DNA from: a virus
Length of the DNA: 64,000 bases
Direction: 5' to 3' (one strand)
IMG/VR virus record: IMGVR_UViG_3300009152_000039
Location: 1 to 64,000 of that record
The notes beneath the pieces are model-generated. The model saw only the letters and a program-made list of their open reading frames with translations, ran no database searches and was not told where the DNA came from. The number at the start of each line of letters is the position of its first letter. The first letter of the stretch is position 1. A program made the position numbers and the translations under genes. Below, piece by piece: positions 8,776-15,879 of this stretch.

Positions 8776-8950
8776 GACATATGATTTGCTGGATAGATGC
8801 GTATACGATGGTATTGCAATGGGACTGACAAGAGCTTATAAGCATGATAGTCGTCCTGGTGAAGATGCCATCAAAGAGAATATCCACCGAGAAGTAATGA
8901 GTGAGATCTGTTTGTGGTTTAATATTAAGGATGAAGGGGCAGTAGAATGA
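8753..8950 (+). CDS. hypothetical protein
   Basis: RAYKHD motif; overlapping operon gene. Confidence 0.55.
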   Translation: MMIMLVPKTYDLLDRCVYDGIAMGLTRAYKHDSRPGEDAIKENIHREVMSEICLWFNIKDEGAVE

Positions 8951-9402
8951 GTGAGTCAGTATTGTCGGGAGTTATCTTTGCAGCTCAGTTCTCTGTTGCC
9001 GCTATTATTTCAGCAGTTGGTATATTGGCTTTATCTGCTACCTTTATTGCTGTCAATCGATTGTTCCATATGTTTTGGATTCCAACTAATATGGTTCAGA
9101 GACTATTCAACCTACTGAATGAAAAGGGTGCTGTTAAGAGGACTGAACCCACTGTTGATTATCAATACGGTAGCGCTATAGCTGGATGTAGCGTGCCTAT
9201 TGGTGTTCCTGCCATGACTCAGGATGGTAAGATTATGGTTAATGTTGGACAAGGTGGAGGTGGAGGAAATGGGGAATATTCATACGGTGGAGGTGAATTC
9301 CCTGCTACGAAAGAGAAGAATACTAGACGAGATAAAATCGGCGAGAAGATGGAAGCTGCGTTTAAAGATGGAGTTGACCTTTCAGGAAAGAAAACACCAT
9401 GA
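8947..9402 (+). CDS. membrane-anchored hypothetical protein
   Basis: N-terminal hydrophobic helix; ATGA coupling. Confidence 0.6.
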   Translation: MSESVLSGVIFAAQFSVAAIISAVGILALSATFIAVNRLFHMFWIPTNMVQRLFNLLNEKGAVKRTEPTVDYQYGSAIAGCSVPIGVPAMTQDGKIMVNVGQGGGGGNGEYSYGGGEFPATKEKNTRRDKIGEKMEAAFKDGVDLSGKKTP

Positions 9403-9596
9403 ACGATATACTTAAAAAACTAAAGGATCAGGCTACCGATAATATGTTTGGTATCCCTGTCCTAGATGATAAGAAATATGCTAAACTAATTATCGAAGAA
9501 TGTGCTAGCCTCTTTCCATTGGCATTTACTGACGAACAGTACCAACGGCGTATTGATAAGACTATCCTGAAACACTTTGGAGTTGATAATGATTGA
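9399..9596 (+). CDS. hypothetical protein, FAKLIVxEC...HFGV family
   Basis: KYAKLIIEECA...KHFGV. Confidence 0.65.
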   Translation: MNDILKKLKDQATDNMFGIPVLDDKKYAKLIIEECASLFPLAFTDEQYQRRIDKTILKHFGVDND

Positions 9597-9855
9597 CATT
9601 GAAGACCTGGCGATGAAAGCAAGACTGAGCGTACCTGAAGGCCTTGCAGTCGATGAATGGGTAAGAGAGTATAATAAGATCTTTGCTAAACTAATTGTTG
9701 ACGAATGCCTTAATCAATGCTATAATAATGGTATGAATGATTCTCTCTATGAAGGTCAACTAAAAGCTGCTGACTACATTAAAGAGCACTTTGGTATTGT
9801 AGATATAGATACCAACTTACGTGAAAGATCAACTTATTTTGGGAATGATGTATGA
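9589..9855 (+). CDS. hypothetical protein, FAKLIVxEC...HFGV family
   Basis: IFAKLIVDECL...KEHFGI. Confidence 0.65.
   Translation: MIDIEDLAMKARLSVPEGLAVDEWVREYNKIFAKLIVDECLNQCYNNGMNDSLYEGQLKAADYIKEHFGIVDIDTNLRERSTYFGNDV
9698..9726 (+). promoter_or_regulatory. intragenic sigma70-type promoter
   Basis: TTGACG-17 nt-TATAAT, preceded by TG like the other promoters, inside a coding region. Confidence 0.55.
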
Positions 9856-10052
9856 TTGAATCTCACACACGAAAAGCTAAGTTTTGTGAACTGAAGCCCT
9901 ACTGCCACCACGCTAAAGAAAATGACTACATGGAAGTAACAGAGTGGTCAAACAGCGAAGGGTTTGATGTTAACCTTAATGATAAGAAGCATATATCTTT
10001 TACTTGGGGAGAATACGAAGCACTCCAAGTTCTAATCAACTATAAGGAGTAA
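9852..10052 (+). CDS. conserved phage hypothetical protein
   Basis: DYMEVTEWSNSEGFDV motif. Confidence 0.65.
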   Translation: MIESHTRKAKFCELKPYCHHAKENDYMEVTEWSNSEGFDVNLNDKKHISFTWGEYEALQVLINYKE

Positions 10053-10055
10053 TCA

Positions 10056-10229
10056 ATGAGTAAAATTGCTACCTGGTTTATGAAACACAGAACCGCTATT
10101 GGATATACAATTGGATTTGCTAACATCATTAGCGGGGTAGTTAACATTGCTCTTGATAATGTTGGCCTTGGTATACTATGGATTATTATTGGATCTGTAA
10201 TCATATACGATACAAAGGCAACAAAGTGA
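10056..10229 (+). CDS. small two-helix membrane protein (57 aa)
   Basis: TAAGGAG RBS; two hydrophobic segments. Confidence 0.6.
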   Translation: MSKIATWFMKHRTAIGYTIGFANIISGVVNIALDNVGLGILWIIIGSVIIYDTKATK

Positions 10230-10621
10230 GATACGGTGTACATTCGAACCAATTTCAAGGAGAGTATAAACGTGTTCTTTGCGTATGTTCTGCTGGTATC
10301 CTACGTTCAGCAACAGCTGCTCACATCCTTTGTGGTAATCCATACAACTTTAACACTAGAAACGCTGGGACGGCTTCCTATGCCCTTATTCCTGTAACAG
10401 AAGATCTACTACAGTGGGCTGATGAAATTGTATGTATGGAACGTGAACATAAAGAGTATGTTGAAAAGAAGTTGGAAGAATTTAAGCTTCTAGCTGTTCC
10501 TATTGTTACTCTTTACATTGAGGATATCTACGAATACCGTGATGGTAAGTTGGTTGAGTTGATTCAGACTGCATACAACAAATACCAAGCAAGCCTACTT
10601 CCAGTAAATGATAATTTTTAA
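10226..10621 (+). CDS. low-molecular-weight protein-tyrosine-phosphatase-like protein
   Basis: VLCVCSAGILRS (CX5RS P-loop) and WADEIVCME; GTG start overlaps the upstream stop. Confidence 0.8.
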   Translation: MRYGVHSNQFQGEYKRVLCVCSAGILRSATAAHILCGNPYNFNTRNAGTASYALIPVTEDLLQWADEIVCMEREHKEYVEKKLEEFKLLAVPIVTLYIEDIYEYRDGKLVELIQTAYNKYQASLLPVNDNF

Positions 10622-10639
10622 TTGCAACCGTCTACCTGT

Positions 10640-10647
10640 TATAAATA
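10640..10647 (+). promoter_or_regulatory. T4-type late promoter
   Basis: Perfect TATAAATA in intergenic DNA ahead of a structural-type gene. Confidence 0.75.
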
Positions 10648-10692
10648 CTCTTAAAGTCACGTGATATGTGATTATTAAGGGAGATTATAAAG

Positions 10693-11580
10693 ATGGCAAT
10701 TAACGTAAGTGGCACAACAATAACATTCAATGACGCAACAACTCAGACTACCGCACCGCTAGTTGGTGCTATTCAAACAATCACACTATCGGGTTCAGGT
10801 ACGTGGAATAAGCCTACAACTGGTGGATATCAATGGCTAAAGCTACAACTATGGGGTGCCGGTGGTTCTGGAGGTAGATCAAGTACCACTGGTGGTGCAG
10901 GTGGTGGTGGAGGTGGGGGAGGTTATTTAGAAGTAATAGTTCCATTGTCTTGGGTAGCAACTAGTGAAACATATGCAGTTGGTGCTGGAGGTGGTTCTGT
11001 TAGTAGCAATAGTGCTGGTATTACTGGAGGGGATACAAATTTTACTGTAACCAACTGGCCAGATCAAAATCCATTTACAAGGAATCTAATTGCATATGGT
11101 GGAGGAGGAGGTGGTGGTGGTACTAGCTCTACCCCATACGGAGGTGGTAGTGGTGGTTCTGATATGAGTGCTGGAGTAACGCCAGCTGGCGTTGGCCCTG
11201 CTTCCGGAGGCAAAACAACGGGTGGAGCCGGTGGAACCGGTGTTTCTGGTGCTGGTGGTTCTGGAGGTAATTCGTTTTATGGTGGTGGTGGAGGAGGTGG
11301 TGGAGGTACATTTGGAACTGGCGTCAGTGGAGCTGGTGGATATTCATCTTATGGTGGAGGTGGAGGTGGAGGTGGCGCTACTACTGGAGGGCAAATGAGT
11401 AATCCTGGGTATTCAAATTTTGCACAAGGTGGTGGTGGTTATGCAGGATTGGGTGGGTCTGGTTCAGGTAGCACTAGTACCAGTACTGATGGCTATATTC
11501 CCGGTGGTGGAGGTGGAGGAGCTAGGATCCAGTCTTCGGGTGGTGGGGCTGCGGGTTCAATAATTTTAACTTGGTGGTGA
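10693..11580 (+). CDS. glycine-rich tail-fibre/adhesin-like protein
   Basis: ITFNDATTQTTA N-terminus, SGTWNKP, LWGAGGSGG, poly-Gly motifs, GSIILTWW end. Confidence 0.7.
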   Translation: MAINVSGTTITFNDATTQTTAPLVGAIQTITLSGSGTWNKPTTGGYQWLKLQLWGAGGSGGRSSTTGGAGGGGGGGGYLEVIVPLSWVATSETYAVGAGGGSVSSNSAGITGGDTNFTVTNWPDQNPFTRNLIAYGGGGGGGGTSSTPYGGGSGGSDMSAGVTPAGVGPASGGKTTGGAGGTGVSGAGGSGGNSFYGGGGGGGGGTFGTGVSGAGGYSSYGGGGGGGGATTGGQMSNPGYSNFAQGGGGYAGLGGSGSGSTSTSTDGYIPGGGGGGARIQSSGGGAAGSIILTWW

Positions 11581-11582
11581 TC

Positions 11583-11777
11583 ATGGAACTAAAAAAATAC
11601 GCTGTAGTAAATACTCTTACAAATATCTGTGAAAATACTATTGTATGGGATGGGGTTGCACCTTGGCAAGCACCAACAAACTGTTACAGTGTTCTCATAG
11701 AGGGGTTAGAAGTTGGAATTGGTTTTAAATATGAAGACGGAGTGTGGACAGACGTTCGACCTGAATCTAGCTCTTAA
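11583..11777 (+). CDS. small fibre-associated protein (putative assembly chaperone)
   Basis: YAVV...ENTIVWDG...VGIGFKY; follows the Gly-rich fibre gene. Confidence 0.55.
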   Translation: MELKKYAVVNTLTNICENTIVWDGVAPWQAPTNCYSVLIEGLEVGIGFKYEDGVWTDVRPESSS

Positions 11778-11801
11778 AGTGTAAATTATTTGTAATTAGT
11801 G

Positions 11802-11830
11802 TTGACTTATTTTCGTTTAATGTTGAGAAT
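11802..11830 (+). promoter_or_regulatory. early sigma70-type promoter
   Basis: TTGACT-TATTTTCGTTTAATGTT-GAGAAT; spacer related to the other early promoters. Confidence 0.75.
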
Positions 11831-11873
11831 AGACTCTGTTGTGATTGATTAATTACCTTTTTGGAGATATATT

Positions 11874-12833
11874 ATGGCACATTTAGTCGAAACTATGGCA
11901 TATGCAGGCGAAACCCCGTGGCACGGTCTTGGTAAATTAGTACCAGGAGACCTTTCTCCTGCTCAAATGTTGGACGCAGCTGGCTTAAACTGGTCGGTTG
12001 ACAAGGTTCCAGCGTACGCTGAGATCCTTGGTAAGCAAGTTTACACTGGCAAAGACGCGTTAGTACGCTCTACTGACGGTAAAATCCTGGATGTAGTGTC
12101 GCAAGACTGGAATCCTTTGCAGAATGAAGAAGCATTTGAGTTCTTTAACGACTTTGTATGCTCCGGTAACATGGAGATGCACACTGCTGGATCGCTAAAA
12201 AACGGTCAAATTGTGTGGGCTTTGGCTAAAGTTAAGGAGAGTTTTGATGTTTTCAACGGTGATCAGGTGGATTCCTACCTATTGTTTACTCTCCCTCACA
12301 AGTTTGGCCAGTCTATTGACGTTCGCTTCACTCCAATACGTGTGGTCTGCAACAACACTCTCACTCTATCACTTAGCAGTAAGCAAGATAACATGGTGAA
12401 GGTGTCGCATCGCAAGATGTTTGACGGTGATCAGGTGAAGCAGACTCTTGGTATTGCGTCCGAGAAGCTTGCAAAGTACAAGGAAATGGCTAAGTTCTTG
12501 GGTTCCAAGAAGTTCAAGCAGGAATCCGTTACAGAGTACTTCAACCGTATCTTCCCTGTTAACGCATACGGTCGCTCTAAGAACGAAGAAACTGCTATCA
12601 AAAAGGAGTTGTCGAAGTCTGCAACTCTGGCTCTGGAGGCTTTGCATGAGCAACCTGGTGCTAAGTTTGCTGAGGGCTCCTGGTGGCAAGCGTTTAACGC
12701 TGTTACATTCCTGACCGACCATGTTATTGGTCGTACTCAAGAAGGTCGTTTGACATCTGCTTGGTACGGTCCTAACAAAGCACTTAAGGTGAAGGCTCTT
12801 GAGACTGCTGTTGAGATGGCTGAAGCAGCGTGA
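11874..12833 (+). CDS. DUF932 / TIGR03299-family phage-plasmid protein
   Basis: MAY.GETPWHGLG, QNEEAFEFF, TAGSLKNG, TPIRVVCNNTL, WQAFNAVT motifs. Confidence 0.85.
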   Translation: MAHLVETMAYAGETPWHGLGKLVPGDLSPAQMLDAAGLNWSVDKVPAYAEILGKQVYTGKDALVRSTDGKILDVVSQDWNPLQNEEAFEFFNDFVCSGNMEMHTAGSLKNGQIVWALAKVKESFDVFNGDQVDSYLLFTLPHKFGQSIDVRFTPIRVVCNNTLTLSLSSKQDNMVKVSHRKMFDGDQVKQTLGIASEKLAKYKEMAKFLGSKKFKQESVTEYFNRIFPVNAYGRSKNEETAIKKELSKSATLALEALHEQPGAKFAEGSWWQAFNAVTFLTDHVIGRTQEGRLTSAWYGPNKALKVKALETAVEMAEAA

Positions 12834-12840
12834 AAATGCG

Positions 12841-12871
12841 GGGATAACGCCACTAAAATGGTGTTATTCCC
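12841..12871 (+). terminator. hairpin after the DUF932 gene (possible terminator or processing site)
   Basis: GGGATAACGCCA-CTAAAA-TGGTGTTATTCCC imperfect inverted repeat; weak U tract. Confidence 0.45.
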
Positions 12872-12949
12872 CATTGTTATTTCTAGGTATTCGGATAGAT
12901 AATAACAGTGGCACAATTGTGTCATTATTTAATTAACTGGGAGAATAAA

Positions 12950-13024
12950 ATGGCTTGGACTACACCTTCTGCACAAGATATGCGTTTTGGTTTCGAAATC
13001 ACTATGTATATTGCAAATCGTTAA
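12950..13024 (+). CDS. pqqA: pyrroloquinoline quinone precursor peptide PqqA (24 aa)
   Basis: MAWTTPSAQDMRFGFEITMYIANR*, with the W-x-x-P and R-x-G-F-E-x-x-x-Y (ExxxY) signature; GGGAG RBS; missed by the ORF track. Confidence 0.93.
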   Translation: MAWTTPSAQDMRFGFEITMYIANR

Positions 13025-13034
13025 TAAATAGTTG

Positions 13035-13367
13035 TAAAGAATTGTTGTAATCCCTTCAAAGCGAAGGCATGTTGGACGAGGGTTCGATTCCCTCCATCTC
13101 CACCAGAAACATATTACGGCTGAGGTCTAGAGATAACTTCATACTACGCCGTAACAGGATATAGAAGCAGACCTAAACCTGTTGTATAGTGTGTTTCTGA
13201 TGGGGATGACCAGGTTTCGACAGCGTGAGATAGTAGAGAAGGCAACACGGTAGGCGATGACCGTAAATCAAGCAAAACAAGTAACCGCAAATGATAGCGA
13301 GTACGCTCTAGCAGCTTAAGCTCTAGATGGGGTTTCGGTGGCTGTCCTTATAACTCAATCAGCCACC
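13035..13367 (+). ncRNA. ssrA: circularly permuted (two-piece) tmRNA
   Basis: Acceptor piece first: T-arm GAGGG-TTCGATT-CCCTC, then CATCTCC-A-CCA ending at 13105. Coding piece starts GGGGATG at 13202, giving a 7-bp acceptor stem with G3.U70. Tag ORF 13287-13319 = ANDSEYALAA*. CAGCGTG (13221) pairs with CATGTTG (13068). Outer ends approximate. Confidence 0.93.
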
Positions 13368-13531
13368 AATTAATAATTATAAATAAATTCATCTACAATA
13401 GGATCCATTGGTCCAATACAGCATGAGCAGTTCTTGATAGGAATGACATCGTGACTATTAACAATCTAGTAACTGAGAGTAGTACCTCTGTTCCGCAACA
13501 AAATTCAATAAATTACAAAGAGGAAGTTAAC

Positions 13532-14062
13532 ATGAAAAAGATAGTGTTAATCACACTTCTTGGCCTATGTTCACTTGTATTTGCTAGCAATCAGCTTGAC
13601 GAGATGGTAGAGTACCAACTCAATGCTCAAGAGCAATTAGTTTCTGTACCTGATAAGCAAATAGAATGTTTAGCCAAGAATATGTACTTCGAAGCAAGGA
13701 ATGAACCAGATGCTGGCATTAGAGCAGTGGGATTCGTTACGATGAATCGTGTTCAAGATCCACAGTTTCCAAAATCAATTTGTGAAGTTGTTTACCAACG
13801 TACTGGACCCACTTGTCAGTTTTCCTGGGTGTGCATATTTGGTAGGAACCCGCAAATTACAAACCTAATCCAGTTTCAACGGATTAAGAATATGGCTCGT
13901 GAGATTGCTGCTGCCCATCCAGAAAATAAGATATATGATCCAAGCAAAGGATCGTTATTCTTTCATGCAGCATACATTAGTCCAGGTTGGAAACTAAGTA
14001 AAAAAATTCGCATTGGCCAACATATATTTTATTCCAGGAAGAAGCATGATCCAAGATCTTAA
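13532..14062 (+). CDS. SleB-like cell wall hydrolase (Hydrolase_2) with signal/anchor
   Basis: CLAKNMYFEARNE, VTMNRV, SICEVVYQ, CQFSW, IGQHIFY; hydrophobic N-terminus after MKK. Confidence 0.9.
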   Translation: MKKIVLITLLGLCSLVFASNQLDEMVEYQLNAQEQLVSVPDKQIECLAKNMYFEARNEPDAGIRAVGFVTMNRVQDPQFPKSICEVVYQRTGPTCQFSWVCIFGRNPQITNLIQFQRIKNMAREIAAAHPENKIYDPSKGSLFFHAAYISPGWKLSKKIRIGQHIFYSRKKHDPRS

Positions 14063-14282
14063 TTTTGTAAGCATAGTGGAGTTCTCTAAGGAGATTGAAG
14101 ATCTTGTAAAACATAAGAAAATGGAGTATATTGATGCAGTAGTATACTTCTGTGAGAAGAACGGTGTTGATATTGAAACAGCAGCCTCGTTAATTAAGAA
14201 TAATGCAAAGCTGAAAGCATTGATCCAAGACGAAGCTGAACAACTTAACTATTTGCCAAAAACACACAAACTACCTTTATGA
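14046..14282 (+). CDS. gp33: late transcription coactivator
   Basis: EFSKEIEDLV...YIDAVVYFCEKNGVDIE; gp33-59-32 synteny. Confidence 0.85.
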   Translation: MIQDLNFVSIVEFSKEIEDLVKHKKMEYIDAVVYFCEKNGVDIETAASLIKNNAKLKALIQDEAEQLNYLPKTHKLPL

Positions 14283-14881
14283 GTGATTATGATGCGTACA
14301 AAGTATACTGTGCTCTGAAAAGACACTTCAATTCAGAGTCGTATGATTATTTTAAGTACCAAGGTAAAGTTCGCACAACACACAAAGCATTTGAGAAGAG
14401 GAACGACAAGTACTTCTTTGCAAAGCTAGCAAAGCACAAAGACATTGAAGGATTCCTCGTTGCAAACCTTGCATACGGGGATCTTTGGGTGGGTGACCTT
14501 GTTAACGAGCAGGCTGCTGAGAAGCAGTATAGAGAATGGTTAAAACGCAAGCAATCGCTGTCATACGTGTTCAAAAACGACCTTGATAACATTGGATCAA
14601 TGAAAGAGGAGATGCGGGTTGTTGAAGGTCAGCATCCTAAGCTGTTTAAAAAGTATTTGTCAAAAGAGATCTGCATTGAAACTCTGATCATAATGAACGG
14701 TCTTTGGAAAGGTCTGATGTTCATGTACTGGAACGAGATGCTGAAAGATCCTGTGTGGAAGAGCGAATACAATAAATTATTGAAATTTTCCCCATTTGTT
14801 CAGTATGAGGAAGATAAATATAGAAGTATGTTGACTCAACACGAAGAGCAATGTACAATTACATCATTAGTCTGTGGATAA
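14279..14881 (+). CDS. gp59: helicase loader
   Basis: Y.ALKRHF...YDYFKYQGK...KRNDKYFF. Confidence 0.9.
   Translation: MSDYDAYKVYCALKRHFNSESYDYFKYQGKVRTTHKAFEKRNDKYFFAKLAKHKDIEGFLVANLAYGDLWVGDLVNEQAAEKQYREWLKRKQSLSYVFKNDLDNIGSMKEEMRVVEGQHPKLFKKYLSKEICIETLIIMNGLWKGLMFMYWNEMLKDPVWKSEYNKLLKFSPFVQYEEDKYRSMLTQHEEQCTITSLVCG
14831..14859 (+). promoter_or_regulatory. sigma70-type promoter for gp32, within the end of gp59
   Basis: TTGACT-17 nt-TACAAT. Confidence 0.6.
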
Positions 14882-14919
14882 ACTAATACACATAACACGT
14901 TTTATATAAGGAAAATACG

Positions 14920-15852
14920 ATGTCAAATTTCTCAAGTCTCAAGAAGTCTTCTAAGTCGTCATTCGACAAAATCACCCAACAAGTATCCAAGCTAGCCAAC
15001 CCTGAGGGTGCAAGCGGTCGTGAAGCCGATAATCGCTTCTGGCAACCAGAAGTAGATAAGTCTGGTAATGGATATGCTGTTATTCGTTTCTTGCCATCTC
15101 CCGATGGTGAAGACGTCCCGTTTGTTCGCATCTTTAATCACGGTTTCAAAGGACCTAACGGTCAATGGTATATTGAGAATTCACTTACTACGGTTGGTAA
15201 AGCTGATCCCGTATCTGAGTACAACAGCCAGCTTTGGGCTACTGGTATCGAAGCAAACAAGACTCAAGTACGCAATCAAAAGCGTAAACTAAACTTTATC
15301 TCAAACATCTATGTTGTCAGTGATAAAGCACATCCAGAAAACGAAGGCAAAGTATTCTTGTTTAAATATGGCAAGAAGATATTTGATAAGCTGAATGCTG
15401 CTATGAATCCAGAGTTTGAAGATGAAGCTCCAATCAATCCATTTGATCTTTGGACTGGTGCTAATTTTAAACTGAAGATTCGTAACGTTGAAGGCTATCG
15501 TAATTACGATAAGTCTGAGTTTGATACTGCTGGTCCTCTTTCTGATGATGATTCTGAACTAGAGTCAATCTGGAAGCAGGAACACTCGTTGCAAGAGTTT
15601 TTGGGTGATAAGCACTTTAAGCCATACGATGAGTTGAAGCAAAAGCTATATCGTGTACTAGCTCTTGATGGTGGTGCTGCTAAATCTGTACAGAATGTTT
15701 CTCAGCGTACTATTGAAGAAGATAGTGAAGAAGAGTTTGAGCAGATGGCAAAGCCAGTAAAGAGCGCTAAGCCAGCTTCTAAACCTAAGGCAGATGCCCC
15801 ATGGGATGAAGATGAAGATCTTGAAGCGTTTAAGTCACTAATCAACGACTAA
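14920..15852 (+). CDS. gp32: single-stranded DNA-binding protein
   Basis: DNRFW, GNGYAVIRFLP, WYIENSLTT, FKYGKKIFDK, GYRNYDKSEF; acidic tail. Confidence 0.95.
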   Translation: MSNFSSLKKSSKSSFDKITQQVSKLANPEGASGREADNRFWQPEVDKSGNGYAVIRFLPSPDGEDVPFVRIFNHGFKGPNGQWYIENSLTTVGKADPVSEYNSQLWATGIEANKTQVRNQKRKLNFISNIYVVSDKAHPENEGKVFLFKYGKKIFDKLNAAMNPEFEDEAPINPFDLWTGANFKLKIRNVEGYRNYDKSEFDTAGPLSDDDSELESIWKQEHSLQEFLGDKHFKPYDELKQKLYRVLALDGGAAKSVQNVSQRTIEEDSEEEFEQMAKPVKSAKPASKPKADAPWDEDEDLEAFKSLIND

Positions 15853-15879
15853 AAAGAAAGGGGCCTAGGCCCCTTTTTT
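15851..15879. terminator. bidirectional terminator between convergent genes
   Basis: A-rich run, AAAGGGGCC-TA-GGCCCCTTT inverted repeat, T run. Confidence 0.85.

Noticed and set aside
13068-13105. tRNA-like 3' half (T-arm + CCA)
   Set aside because: No upstream D or anticodon arm; its acceptor partner lies downstream at 13202, so it is part of the permuted tmRNA
13106-13201. Hammerhead ribozyme in the tmRNA spacer
   Set aside because: CTGAGGT does not match CUGANGA and GAAA is not correctly placed
13370-13531. Glutamine or cyclic-dinucleotide riboswitch upstream of sleB
   Set aside because: Consensus elements not recognisable by eye
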